Of a stretch of 32,000 nt of DNA, positions 8,763 to 17,794 are shown one piece after another. The position numbers were made by a program, and so were the translations under genes. Location: NCBI RefSeq assembly GCF_001598795.1, contig NZ_BCZP01000030.1, positions 30,279-62,278 on the forward strand, in the 5' to 3' direction. Position 1 is the first letter of the stretch. Each line of letters starts with the position of its first letter. The notes beneath the pieces were generated by a model, which was not told the DNA's origin, did not search any database, and worked only from the letters and a program-made list of their open reading frames with translations. This DNA is from Delftia acidovorans NBRC 14950. Its GTDB lineage: Bacteria; Pseudomonadota; Gammaproteobacteria; Burkholderiales; Burkholderiaceae_C.

Positions 8763-9737
8763 ATGGCAAATGAAAAACCCGATGCCAAGGCCGAGGCCTT
8801 GTGGAGCCACCTGCACTGGCTGGTCGTGCTGGAGCAGCAAGGCAGCTTCACCTCGGCCGCCGCGCGCCTGGGCGTGAGCAAGGCGGCCATGAGCCAGCGC
8901 GTGGCCGAGCTGGAGCGCGCGGCCGGCGTGGCCCTGGTCACACGCACCACGCGCAGCGTGCGCCTGACCGAAGCGGGGCAGCGCCTGGTGGACGAGACGC
9001 GCGGCGCCTTCGAGCACATCGCCGACAGCTTTGCGGGCGTGCGCGACCTGGCTGCCGAGCCGCGCGGCCTGCTGCGCGTGACCGCGCCCGTGGCCTTCTC
9101 GCGCCAGCAGCTCATGCCCCGGCTGCCGGCCTTCCTGCGCGCCCATCCGCAGATCCGGCTGGAGCTGGACCTGTCTGACCACCTGCGCTCGCTGGCGATG
9201 GAGGGCTTCGACATCGCCGTGCGCCATGCCTCCACCCCGCCCGAAACCCATGTGGCCTGGGCGCTGGCGCCCACGCGCTCGCTGCTGGTGGCCAGCACGG
9301 ACTACCTGGCCGCGCACGGCACCCCGGCCACCCCGCAGGACCTGGCCGCGCACCAGTGCCTGCACTACCCGCGCACCCAGGGCGCCATGGCCTGGAGCTT
9401 CGTGCCCGCCGATGCCGGTGCGGACGCCGGTGCAGACGCCAGTGCAGACGCAGTACGCACCGTCGTGCCCGTGGCCGGCGGCTTTGCCGCCAACAACAGC
9501 GAAATGCTGCGCGACGCCGCCATGGCAGGCCTGGGCATCGCCCTGGTGCCCGACTTCAGCGCCCAATCGGGCCTGGCCTCCGGCCATCTGCGCGAGGTGC
9601 TGCCCGGCTGGCGGCCCGTTGATGCCTTCGGCGAACACCTGTTCGCGATACGCCCCTACGCCAGCCACGTGCCGCGCGCGGTGGCGGTGTTCGTGGAGTT
9701 CCTGCGGGCGTCGTTTGCGGCGGGGTTCATTCGCTGA
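8763..9737 (+). CDS. LysR-family transcriptional regulator (divergent from mmsA)
   Basis: ORF 8736..9737 trimmed to the ATG at 8763. N-terminal LysR HTH: LHWLVVLEQQGSFTSAAARLGVSKAAMSQRVAELERAAGVALVTRTTRSVRLTEAG. Confidence 0.88.
   Translation: MANEKPDAKAEALWSHLHWLVVLEQQGSFTSAAARLGVSKAAMSQRVAELERAAGVALVTRTTRSVRLTEAGQRLVDETRGAFEHIADSFAGVRDLAAEPRGLLRVTAPVAFSRQQLMPRLPAFLRAHPQIRLELDLSDHLRSLAMEGFDIAVRHASTPPETHVAWALAPTRSLLVASTDYLAAHGTPATPQDLAAHQCLHYPRTQGAMAWSFVPADAGADAGADASADAVRTVVPVAGGFAANNSEMLRDAAMAGLGIALVPDFSAQSGLASGHLREVLPGWRPVDAFGEHLFAIRPYASHVPRAVAVFVEFLRASFAAGFIR
9408..9455. repeat. Four in-frame tandem 12-nt units encoding ADAG-ADAG-ADAS-ADAV inside the LysR effector domain
   Basis: gccgatgccggt / gcggacgccggt / gcagacgccagt / gcagacgcagta, read directly from the sequence. 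Confidence 0.85.
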
Positions 9738-9747
9738 GGGTGGCCCC

Positions 9748-10728
9748 TCAGGCCTTGATCCCCAGCTTGTCCACCAATTGCTTGAACACCGCGTTGTCGC
9801 GGTCGATCACGGCCTTGAATTCGGGCTGGTCCAGGTAGCCCTCGCCCATGTTCTGCTTGGCCATGGTTTCGCGCAGGGCGGGGTCCTTGAGGGTCAGGGC
9901 CATGGCCTTGCGCAGGGTCTGGACCACGGCGTCGGGCGTGTTGCGGGGCACGGCCAGGCCGCGCCAGCCGCCGATGAGCAGGTCGATGCCGCGCTCCTTG
10001 AGCGTGGGCACGGCTTCCCAGCCGGCCTGTATGCGCTGCTCGGCCATGATGGCCAGCGGGCGGATCTTGCCGGCCGCCACATAGGTGGCCACCTCCACGG
10101 GCGTGACGGCCACGGCCTCGATGTGGCCGCCCAGCAGGTCGAGCACGGCAGGGTTGGCGCCGCGGTAGGGCGCGTGGTTGAACTTCACGCCCGCCTTGTC
10201 CTGCAGCGCGGCGGCGGCCAGGTGGCCCAGCGAGCCCGGGCCGGCATTGCCGATGCGCACGGCGGCCTCGTCCTTGCGCGCGGCGGCGATCAGTTCCTCG
10301 ATGCTGCGATAGGGCGAGTCGGCACGCACGGCGATGGTGGCGGGGTCGGCATTCAGGCGTGCCACGGGCAGCACGGCGTCGGAGCTGATCTTGGTCAGCC
10401 CCATGTGCGGGATCATGGTCAGCTCGACGGTGATGATGCCGATCTTGTAGCCGTCCGGCCGGGCATTGGCCAGTTCGGTCCAGCCCACGGCGCCGCTGGC
10501 GCCTGCGCGGTTGAGCACGATCAGGTCCTGCGGCAGGTGCTTGCGCGCCACCTCGGCCAGCGCGCGTGCCAGCACGTCGGTGCCGCCGCCAGCGGCAAAG
10601 GGCACGATGAGTTCAATGGGGCGCTGGGGCCAGGCGCCGGCCGGTGCCTGCGCCATGGCGGGCAGGACCGGCGTTGCGGCCAGGGCGGCCAGCGAGTGGA
10701 TGAATTGGCGGCGGGATGCGAGGGTCAT
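9748..10728 (-). CDS. Tripartite tricarboxylate transporter substrate-binding protein (Bug/TctC family)
   Basis: 326 aa with a Tat-like signal (SRRQFIHSLAALAATPVLPAMAQA) and the Bug hallmark PIELIVPFAAGGGTDVLAR. GGAGAC RBS upstream. Confidence 0.88.
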   Translation of the reverse strand: MTLASRRQFIHSLAALAATPVLPAMAQAPAGAWPQRPIELIVPFAAGGGTDVLARALAEVARKHLPQDLIVLNRAGASGAVGWTELANARPDGYKIGIITVELTMIPHMGLTKISSDAVLPVARLNADPATIAVRADSPYRSIEELIAAARKDEAAVRIGNAGPGSLGHLAAAALQDKAGVKFNHAPYRGANPAVLDLLGGHIEAVAVTPVEVATYVAAGKIRPLAIMAEQRIQAGWEAVPTLKERGIDLLIGGWRGLAVPRNTPDAVVQTLRKAMALTLKDPALRETMAKQNMGEGYLDQPEFKAVIDRDNAVFKQLVDKLGIKA

Positions 10729-10770
10729 GGCTTGTCTCCGGGATCTTTGTTATGTGGCGATGTCTGTGCT

Positions 10771-11790
10771 TCAATCCATTTTGATGTTGGCGGCCTTGAT
10801 CACGCCGCTCCACAGCGCCTGTTCCGAGCGCACGAAGCCTGCGAACTGCTGCGGCGTCATCTCCATGGGCTGTATGCCGATCTCTTCGAGCTTGGCACGC
10901 GTTTCGGGGTGGCGCAGGGCGGTGGCCAGGCTTTTGTTCAGGCGCTCGGTGAGCGCGGGGCTCAGGTGGGCGGGGCCGACGAAGCCCTGCCAGGCATAGG
11001 CTTCGAAGCCGGGCACGCCGGCTTCGGCCATGGTGGGTACGTCGGGCAGGATGGGCAGGCGCTGGGGCGTGGCCACGGCCAGCACGCGCAGCTTGCCCGC
11101 GCGGATGGCCGAGATGCTGGGCGGCAGGTCCACGAACATGGACTGGATCTGTCCCGCCATAAGGTCCTGCAGCGCCGGGGCCGAGCCCTTGTAGGCCACG
11201 TGCAGGATCTGGGTGCCCGTGCGCTGCTTGAACAGCTCCAGTGCCACGTGCAGCGGCGAGCCCGGGCCCGACGAGGCCGAGGAGATGCCGCCCGGCTCCT
11301 TGCGCGCCATCGCCAGGAATTCCTGCACATTCTTCGCAGGGAAGGACGGATGCACGGCCAGCACTAGCGGCATGCGGCCCAGGCCGCCGATGTAGCTGAA
11401 GTCCTTGCCCGCGTCATAGCTCAGGCGCGCATACATGGCGGGGTTGAAGGCCAGCGTGCCTGAGTCGGCCGTGCCCAGCGTGTAGCCATCGGCCGGGGCG
11501 CGTGCGATCAGCGTGGCGCCGATGATGCTGGCCGCGCCGGGACGGTTGTCCACCACCACGGGCTGGCCCAGGTCCTTGCCCATCTGCACGGCCAGCTGGC
11601 GGGCGATCACGTCGGTGGTGCCGCCCGGTGCGTAGGGCACCACCCATTTGACGGGCTGGGTGGGCCAGGCTGGCGCACTCTGGGAGGACGGGGCTGGGGT
11701 GGATTGCGCCTGGGCGGTGCCCATGCCCAGCGTCAGCAGGGCGCAGGAAAGCCAGGCCTGGCGGTGCAGGGCCATTGGGTTGAACAGCAT
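10771..11790 (-). CDS. Tripartite tricarboxylate transporter substrate-binding protein (Bug family), divergent paralog
   Basis: ORF 10771..11856 trimmed to the ATG at 11790, which has a GGAGAC RBS. Signal peptide ending GTAQAQ. Bug hallmark PVKWVVPYAPGGTTDVIAR. Confidence 0.87.
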   Translation of the reverse strand: MLFNPMALHRQAWLSCALLTLGMGTAQAQSTPAPSSQSAPAWPTQPVKWVVPYAPGGTTDVIARQLAVQMGKDLGQPVVVDNRPGAASIIGATLIARAPADGYTLGTADSGTLAFNPAMYARLSYDAGKDFSYIGGLGRMPLVLAVHPSFPAKNVQEFLAMARKEPGGISSASSGPGSPLHVALELFKQRTGTQILHVAYKGSAPALQDLMAGQIQSMFVDLPPSISAIRAGKLRVLAVATPQRLPILPDVPTMAEAGVPGFEAYAWQGFVGPAHLSPALTERLNKSLATALRHPETRAKLEEIGIQPMEMTPQQFAGFVRSEQALWSGVIKAANIKMD

Positions 11791-11834
11791 TTTTTGTCTC
11801 CGGTGGTTTTTATGGGTGTCTGTTGCGCCGTGCT

Positions 11835-12638
11835 TCAGCGCGGCCGCAGCATCCATTCGTGCGCGGGGTCGTTGCGGAAGGCCCAGCGCCGCTCGGGCCC
11901 GGCCATGGTGTTGAGGTAGTAGAGGTCGTAGCCGTGCGGGGCCACGCAGGGGTGGTAGCCGCGCGGCACCATCACGGTGTCGCGGTGCTCCACCGCCATG
12001 GCTTCGTCGATGCTGCGGTCATCGGTGTAGACGCGCTGGAAGGCAAAGCCCTGGCTGGGGTTGAGCAGGTGGAAGTAGGTTTCCTCCAGCACGGTCTCGG
12101 CGTCCGGCGCGGCGGGGTCGGCGCTGTCGTGCTTGTGCGGCGGATAGCTGGACGAGTTGCCTGCGGGCGTGATGACCTCGACCACCAGCAGGGACTCGGC
12201 CGCCTCGGTCTCGGGCAGGATGTCGCAGACATGGCGCGTGTTGCTGCCCTGGCCGCGCACGCTGCGGCGCATGCTTTCGGGCGCGATCACGCGCGTGGCG
12301 TGGCGGCCCGTGGCGGGTGCGGCGCTCAAGGCAATGTCGGCCGGGCCGCGCGCCGTGATGCGCAGGCTTTGGCCGGGCGGCACGTAGACGGCCGTGGGCG
12401 CACCCTCCTCGAACACGCTGGCGCGGCTGCCCAGGGCGCTGAACGCCTGGCTGCCGACCTGCACATCCACCTGGCCGGTGAGCACGGTGATGCAGTATTC
12501 GAGCGGGCCGGTGGACAGTGCCTCCACCTCGCCTGCCTGCAGCCGCAGGGCCTTGAAGTGGATGTGCTTCCAACCCGCGCTGGCGGGCGTGATGTCTGTG
12601 ACGACGCGGCCGGGCGCGGCCTTGACGAGAAGGCTCAT
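11835..12638 (-). CDS. iolB: 5-deoxy-glucuronate isomerase (IolB, cupin)
   Basis: The frame of ORF 11835..12974 was trimmed to the ATG at 12638, which forms an ATGA overlap with the upstream gene's stop. MSLLVKAAPG...SSYPPHKHD...EETYFH...VPRGYHP are IolB/KduI-type cupin blocks. Confidence 0.85.
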   Translation of the reverse strand: MSLLVKAAPGRVVTDITPASAGWKHIHFKALRLQAGEVEALSTGPLEYCITVLTGQVDVQVGSQAFSALGSRASVFEEGAPTAVYVPPGQSLRITARGPADIALSAAPATGRHATRVIAPESMRRSVRGQGSNTRHVCDILPETEAAESLLVVEVITPAGNSSSYPPHKHDSADPAAPDAETVLEETYFHLLNPSQGFAFQRVYTDDRSIDEAMAVEHRDTVMVPRGYHPCVAPHGYDLYYLNTMAGPERRWAFRNDPAHEWMLRPR

Positions 12639-14614
12639 GCCGCGGCTCCTTCGGTGATGTCCTGGCGCGCGGCCACGCGGCTGGCATCCCAGCCCGCGAT
12701 CAGCGCGCGGAAGTTGGCGGCGACGGCATCGCGCAGCGCGGCGTCGTCCAGCTCGTTGCGCAGCCACTGCAGCGCGGGTCCGGCCCAGACGCTGCGGCCG
12801 ATCATGAAACCCTTGACCACGGGCGCCCGCGCCTGGGCAAAGCCCTGCACCAGTTGCTCCACGGGCTGGGACAGGCCCAGGATCACGGCGCCCCGGCACC
12901 AGGGATCGCGTTCGTTCACCAGGGCGTCCAGCGCCTCCCAGTTCTCGCGCGCCATGGTGCCGACCTTCCACCATTCGGGCTTGAGGCCCAGGTCGTAGAA
13001 ATGGCGTATGGCGCGCAGCACGGCCTCGCCCCGGTCGTCGGGTGCCAGGGTGTCCTTTGGCGGGATCACTTCCAGCAGCAGCTCATGGCCGCTGGCGCGC
13101 GTGGCGGTCCAGACCTGCTGCAGCCAGGCATCCTGCTCGGCGCGCAGTGCGGGCGTGTCGTCGGGGTGGTAGAAGACCAGGCATTTGACGGTATGGCTTT
13201 GCGGCCAGTGCAGCAGCTCGGAAGCCAGCGAGTCCGTGCCGTCAAAGCGCAGCGGGCGCGAGCCCGGCAGCTCGATGGGCCGGCCTATCCACCAGCCGCG
13301 TCCCGTGGCGTCGTGCAGCGCGGCCTCGCCCAGGTGATGGCGGCCGTCGATCAGCACGCCCATGCGGCCCGCGTTGCCCGGATCGCGCTCGACCTGGGCG
13401 ACCACCTCGTTGATCAGCCGCTTGAGCGGGCGCAGCCGCGCGGGCGCTGCGCCGGCCTCGCGCGCCAGATCGTCGAACTGGCTGCGGTGGTCATAGGCCA
13501 GCACGCACAGCGCGGGCCACTGCGGCCGCGCCCGGCTGACGCGGTGCAGGTGGGACAGCTCGGGGTCCTGGTCGGGACGCGGATGGCGGTGGCCCGAGAA
13601 CCAGTGCGCCAGCTCGGCCTGCGTGGGCATGGCCGGCGCGCAGCCATGGCGCGAGACCACGATGGCTCCGCAGGCGTTGGCAATCGCCGCAGATTCCTCC
13701 AGGCTCTTGCCGCGCAGCAGCCCGGACAGCAGGCCCGAGGCAAAGGCATCGCCCGCGCCCAGCACATTGAGCACTTCCACGCGCTCGCCCAGCACCGTGG
13801 GCGCATCGGCGATCGCATCGGGCACCTCGCCCTCGATCAGCGAGCAGCCCAGCGGCCCGCGCTTGACCACGAAGACGGCGCGGCTGCATTCGCGCACGCG
13901 GCGCAGGCTGGCGATCAGGTCGCCCTCCACGCCGCCGGCGATCAGCCATTCCTCTTCGGTGCCGATGATGAGTTCGAACTGGCCCAGCTCGGCCTGCAGC
14001 CTGCGGCTGACCTCGGCGCTGGCCACATAGCGTGTCTCGCCATCGCCCCGTCCGGCCAGGCCCCACAGCACGGGCCGGTAGTCGATGTCCAGCACGCGCA
14101 CCAGGCCGTGGCGGCCAGCCATCTCCAGTGCCTTGCGGCTGGCGGCCAGCACGCCGGGTGCGCTCAGGTGGGTGCCCGTGATGGCCAGGCAGCGGCAGCG
14201 GGCCAGGAACGCCTCGCTGATGGCTGCGGCGTCCAGGGCCATGTCGGCGCAGTTCTCGCGGGCGAAGAGCAGGGGGAAGGTCTCCTGGTCCTTGATGCCC
14301 AGCAGCACCATGCCGGTCAGGCGCTGGGCATCGACCTGCACCTGGCTGGTGTCGCAGCCCTCGCGGCGCAGCGTCTCGACCAGGAAGCGGCCATTTTGTT
14401 CATCGCCCACGCGCGAAATCATGGCCGAGCGCAGCCCCAGGCGCGCCGTGCCGAAAGCCATGTTGCCCGAGGAGCCGCCCAGGTACTTGGCAAAGCTGCT
14501 GGCCTCCTTCAGGCTGCAGCCGATCTGCTGCGCGTAAAGGTCCACGGCCAGTCGGCCCAGGCAGGCCACGTCCAGCGGCCGGTCGGAGGGAAAGTTCAGC
14601 ATGCTCATCGTCAT
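12635..14614 (-). CDS. iolC: Bifunctional 5-dehydro-2-deoxygluconokinase (IolC, PfkB) / DUF2090-type 5-dehydro-2-deoxyphosphogluconate aldolase fusion
   Basis: The N-terminal half is a PfkB sugar kinase (DVACLGRLAVDLYAQQIG..., NVLGAGDAFASGLL). The C-terminal ~320 aa match the domain fused to IolC in proteobacterial iol clusters. The start is ambiguous: GTG at 14635, or ATG at 14614, 14608 or 14602. Confidence 0.82.
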   Translation of the reverse strand: MTMSMLNFPSDRPLDVACLGRLAVDLYAQQIGCSLKEASSFAKYLGGSSGNMAFGTARLGLRSAMISRVGDEQNGRFLVETLRREGCDTSQVQVDAQRLTGMVLLGIKDQETFPLLFARENCADMALDAAAISEAFLARCRCLAITGTHLSAPGVLAASRKALEMAGRHGLVRVLDIDYRPVLWGLAGRGDGETRYVASAEVSRRLQAELGQFELIIGTEEEWLIAGGVEGDLIASLRRVRECSRAVFVVKRGPLGCSLIEGEVPDAIADAPTVLGERVEVLNVLGAGDAFASGLLSGLLRGKSLEESAAIANACGAIVVSRHGCAPAMPTQAELAHWFSGHRHPRPDQDPELSHLHRVSRARPQWPALCVLAYDHRSQFDDLAREAGAAPARLRPLKRLINEVVAQVERDPGNAGRMGVLIDGRHHLGEAALHDATGRGWWIGRPIELPGSRPLRFDGTDSLASELLHWPQSHTVKCLVFYHPDDTPALRAEQDAWLQQVWTATRASGHELLLEVIPPKDTLAPDDRGEAVLRAIRHFYDLGLKPEWWKVGTMARENWEALDALVNERDPWCRGAVILGLSQPVEQLVQGFAQARAPVVKGFMIGRSVWAGPALQWLRNELDDAALRDAVAANFRALIAGWDASRVAARQDITEGAAA

Positions 14615-14688
14615 AGGCCTGTGCGTTGCGGACACCCACGTGCGGGCCTGTCCATAATCGTTGCGTGCATGCGATCATAGATCGAAAT

Positions 14689-14702
14689 AGAAAAAGTTTT
14701 CC
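14689..14702. promoter_or_regulatory. AGAA-N6-TTCC near-palindrome in the AT-rich iolC/RpiR divergent region; candidate IolR-type operator
   Basis: agaaaaagttttcc, read directly from the sequence. It is one mismatch from the GGAA-N6-TTCC motif I recall for the RpiR-type IolR of Sinorhizobium meliloti. It is flanked by a direct repeat AAATAGAAAAA at 14685-14695 and 14714-14724. Confidence 0.4.
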
Positions 14703-14708
14703 ATATAT

Positions 14709-15605
14709 ATGAAAAATAGAAAAACCCTTGGCGATGCAGGCGCCCCCTCGCTGGCCGGCCCCTACGCTGACCGCGCCGCCTTCCTCACCGTGCTGCGCGA
14801 AGGCTTCGAGGCCCTGAGCCGCCAGCTCAAGGCCATCGGCCGCCATGTGGAAATGCAGGGTGATCGCCTGGCCTTCGACGGCATCCAGGCCACGGCCGAG
14901 CAATGTGGCGTGCAGCCTTCGGCCGTGGTGCGCTTTGCCAAGCATTTCGGGTTCTCGGGGTACTCGGAACTGCAGGCGCTGTTCCGCGCCGATGCGGCGC
15001 GCCAGCTCTCGGCCCAGCATGACTACCAGGATCGCATCCGGGGCCTGATCGCCTCGGGCAACGAGCCACGCAGCAGCGCGCGCCTGGCGCACGAGGTCAT
15101 CGAAGGCAGCATCGAAAGCCTGCAGGCCCTGCAGCGCGGTCTGCCGCCCGAGCAGTTCGAGGCGGCGGTGGACCTCATGCTGGATGCCCCCTCGCTGTGG
15201 CTGGCCGCCTCGCGCCGGGCCTTCCCCGTCGGCGCCTACCTGGCCTATGCGCTGCAGCACACCGAAAAGCCCGTGCACTGGCTGCACGGCCTGGGCGCCA
15301 TGCAAAAGGGCGAGCTGCGCGCGCTGGCGCCCGGCGACGTGATGCTGGCCGTCTCCTTCGAGCCCTATGCGCCCGAAACGCTGGAAATGGTGGACGCGGC
15401 CCTGGCACGCGGCGCGCGCCTGCTGGCGCTGACCGACAGCCAGCTCAGCCCCCTGGCATCCCGCGCCACCGTCACCTTGCTGGCCCAGGACGCAGCCACT
15501 TTCGGCTTTCGCTCGCTGACCAGCACGCTGACCCTGGCGCAGTCGCTGTTCCTGGCGCTGGCCTACCGGATGGAGCTGGCGTACGAGCCGTCCCGCAAGC
15601 CTTAG
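14709..15605 (+). CDS. RpiR/MurR-family transcriptional regulator (HTH_6 + SIS), IolR-like by context
   Basis: 298 aa. The RpiR HTH region is IQATAEQCGVQPSAVVRFAKHFGFSGYSELQ, followed by a C-terminal SIS-like region. It is divergent from the iolC operon. Confidence 0.85.
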   Translation: MKNRKTLGDAGAPSLAGPYADRAAFLTVLREGFEALSRQLKAIGRHVEMQGDRLAFDGIQATAEQCGVQPSAVVRFAKHFGFSGYSELQALFRADAARQLSAQHDYQDRIRGLIASGNEPRSSARLAHEVIEGSIESLQALQRGLPPEQFEAAVDLMLDAPSLWLAASRRAFPVGAYLAYALQHTEKPVHWLHGLGAMQKGELRALAPGDVMLAVSFEPYAPETLEMVDAALARGARLLALTDSQLSPLASRATVTLLAQDAATFGFRSLTSTLTLAQSLFLALAYRMELAYEPSRKP

Positions 15606-15620
15606 AAGAGGGTGTTGGTG

Positions 15621-16619
15621 TCAGCCGGCCGCCGCCGCGCGCAGCAGCCGGTCGCGCACGCCTTCCCAGTCCGGCGTGTCGGGCGGGGTCTCGATCCAGA
15701 TCAGCCTGGCGCCGACTTCATCGAAGTCGCGCAGGGCGCCGAACAGCTCGCGCGCGGTGGCGGCGGCGTCGGCGGGCATGGCGCGCAGCGTGACGGCGCG
15801 CGATGCAGTGCGCAGCGGTGTGCGGTGGTAGACGGCCAGGTTCCTGGCGTCGGCGCCCAGCACGTCCAGCCCGGCCTGCAGCTGCTTTGCGTCCATGAGG
15901 CGCACCTGGGCGTTGGGCGCGTAGTGGGCCAGCAGGGTGCCGGAGGCGCGTGGCGTGTTTTCCTGCAGCTCTTCCTTGGACAGGGGGCGCTGGCCGCAGG
16001 CGCGCTCGATATCGTCGCGCGTGATGGCGCCGGGGCGCAGCAGCACGGGCACGCCGCGCGTGCAGTCCACGATGGTCGATTCAATCCCCACTTCGCAGGC
16101 GCCGCCGTCCAGCACCAGCAGCGTGTCGCCGAACTCGCCGGCCACATGGGCCGCCGTGGTGGGGCTGACGCGGCCGAACTTGTTGGCGCTGGGCGCCGAC
16201 ACGCCCCAGACGGGCGGCTGCAGCTGCTGGCAGGCGGCCAGCACGGCATGGGCGACGGGATGGGAGGGGCAGCGCAGGCCCACGCTGTCCTGGCCGCCGG
16301 TCGAGGCCCGGGCGGCCTGGGGCAGGCGCGGCAGGATCAGGGTCAGCGGGCCGGGCCAGAAGGCGTCGATCAGCTGCTGCGCGAACAGCGGCACTTCACG
16401 TGCGTAGCGCGTGATGGCGCCGCTGTCGGCCACATGCACGATGAGCGGATGGTTGGGCGGCCTGCCCTTGGCGGTGAAGATCTGCGCGACGGCCGCGTCG
16501 TTGTCGGCGTCGGCCGCTAGGCCGTAGACGGTTTCCGTGGGCAGGCCCAGCAGTTCGCCGCGCTGCAGCGCCTGTGCGGCGGCCTGGACAGAGGCCGCCA
16601 GCGTTCCATCAAGAATCAT
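15621..16619 (-). CDS. tsaC: L-threonylcarbamoyladenylate synthase, long Sua5/TsaC2 type
   Basis: ORF 15621..16835 trimmed to the ATG at 16619. YrdC-domain motifs: LLGLPTETVYGLAADA, KGRPPNHPLIVHV, SAPSANKFGRVSPT. A Sua5 C-terminal domain follows. It lies 11 nt downstream of purK. Confidence 0.88.
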   Translation of the reverse strand: MILDGTLAASVQAAAQALQRGELLGLPTETVYGLAADADNDAAVAQIFTAKGRPPNHPLIVHVADSGAITRYAREVPLFAQQLIDAFWPGPLTLILPRLPQAARASTGGQDSVGLRCPSHPVAHAVLAACQQLQPPVWGVSAPSANKFGRVSPTTAAHVAGEFGDTLLVLDGGACEVGIESTIVDCTRGVPVLLRPGAITRDDIERACGQRPLSKEELQENTPRASGTLLAHYAPNAQVRLMDAKQLQAGLDVLGADARNLAVYHRTPLRTASRAVTLRAMPADAAATARELFGALRDFDEVGARLIWIETPPDTPDWEGVRDRLLRAAAAG

Positions 16620-16630
16620 CGCGTGGGCCT

Positions 16631-17794
16631 TCAGAACGGCTCTATGCCCAGGATGGCAGCGGCCTGCAGCGCCACAGCGCGCACCGCTTCGGGCGTGGGT
16701 CCGGTGACGTTCAGGTGGCCCATCTTGCGGCCGCGCTTGGCGTCGTGCTTGCCGTACAGGTGCAGGTGACAGCCGGGCAGGGCCAGGACCTGGTCCCAGG
16801 CCGGCGCCTTGGCCTGTTCGCCGTCCTTGAACCACAGGTCGCCCAGCAGGTTCAGCATGATGGACGGGCTGTGCTGGCGCGGCTGCGTCAGCGGCAGGCC
16901 GGTCATGCAGCGCACCTGCAGCTCGAACTGCGAGACATCGCAGGCGTTCTGGCTGTAGTGGCCGCTGTTGTGCGGGCGCGGCGCGATCTCGTTGACCACG
17001 AGCATGCCGTCCTGCAGCACGAAGAATTCGACGCAGAGAACGCCCACGTAGTCCAGGCCGTCGGCCACGGAACGCGCGGCGGCCAGCGCCTGCTCGACCT
17101 GGGCCTGCGGCAGGTTGCCTTCGTAGACCTCGGTGACGGAGAGGATGCCTTCGCGGTGCAGGTTGCGCTGCACGGGCAGGTTGACCATGGAGCCGTCACG
17201 GCCGCGCGCCACGATGACCGAGCATTCATGGGCCAGCGGCAGCATTTTTTCCAGCACGCAGGCCACGCGGCCCAGTTGCTCCCAGGCGGTGGCCAGCTCG
17301 GCGGCGTTCTTCACGCGCACCTGGCCCTTGCCGTCGTAGCCCATGCGGGCGGTCTTGAGGATGCCGGGCAGCAGGCTGGCGTGCACGGCCGCCAGCTGGG
17401 CGGGCGTCTCGATCACCGCATAGGGCGCGCAGGGCACGCCGCAGCGCACGAAGTGGGCCTTCTCCTGGGCGCGGTCCTGGGCAATGGCCACGGAGGAGCC
17501 AGCCGGCGAGACCGGCCGCTGGGCGGCCAGCAGGTTCAGCGCCGCGGCGGGCACGTTCTCGAATTCGGTGGTGACGGCGGCCGACAGGCGCGCCAGTTCG
17601 GCCAGACCCTGCGGGTCTTCGTAGCCGGTACGGATGTGGTGGTGGCTGACCAGGCCGGCAGGGCTGGTCGGGTCGGCGTCGAGCACGGCCGTGAAATAGC
17701 CCATGGCCTGGGCCGATTGCACGAACATGCGGCCCAGCTGGCCGCCACCCAGCACGCCCAGCGTGGCGCCCGGCAGGATCACATCTGCGCTCAT
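16631..17794 (-). CDS. purK: N5-carboxyaminoimidazole ribonucleotide synthase
   Basis: 387-aa ATP-grasp protein (LGVLGGGQLGRMF, GYDGKGQ, NEIAPRPHNSGHY). ATGA overlap with purE. Confidence 0.92.
   Translation of the reverse strand: MSADVILPGATLGVLGGGQLGRMFVQSAQAMGYFTAVLDADPTSPAGLVSHHHIRTGYEDPQGLAELARLSAAVTTEFENVPAAALNLLAAQRPVSPAGSSVAIAQDRAQEKAHFVRCGVPCAPYAVIETPAQLAAVHASLLPGILKTARMGYDGKGQVRVKNAAELATAWEQLGRVACVLEKMLPLAHECSVIVARGRDGSMVNLPVQRNLHREGILSVTEVYEGNLPQAQVEQALAAARSVADGLDYVGVLCVEFFVLQDGMLVVNEIAPRPHNSGHYSQNACDVSQFELQVRCMTGLPLTQPRQHSPSIMLNLLGDLWFKDGEQAKAPAWDQVLALPGCHLHLYGKHDAKRGRKMGHLNVTGPTPEAVRAVALQAAAILGIEPF

Noticed and set aside
9226-11367. 713-aa plus-strand ORF spanning the LysR 3' part and both Bug genes
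   Set aside because: It crosses three independently supported genes and two intergenic regions and has low-complexity composition. It is not a real gene.
12854-14680. 608-aa plus-strand ORF antisense to the iolC fusion
   Set aside because: GC artefact. The minus strand has PfkB kinase motifs.
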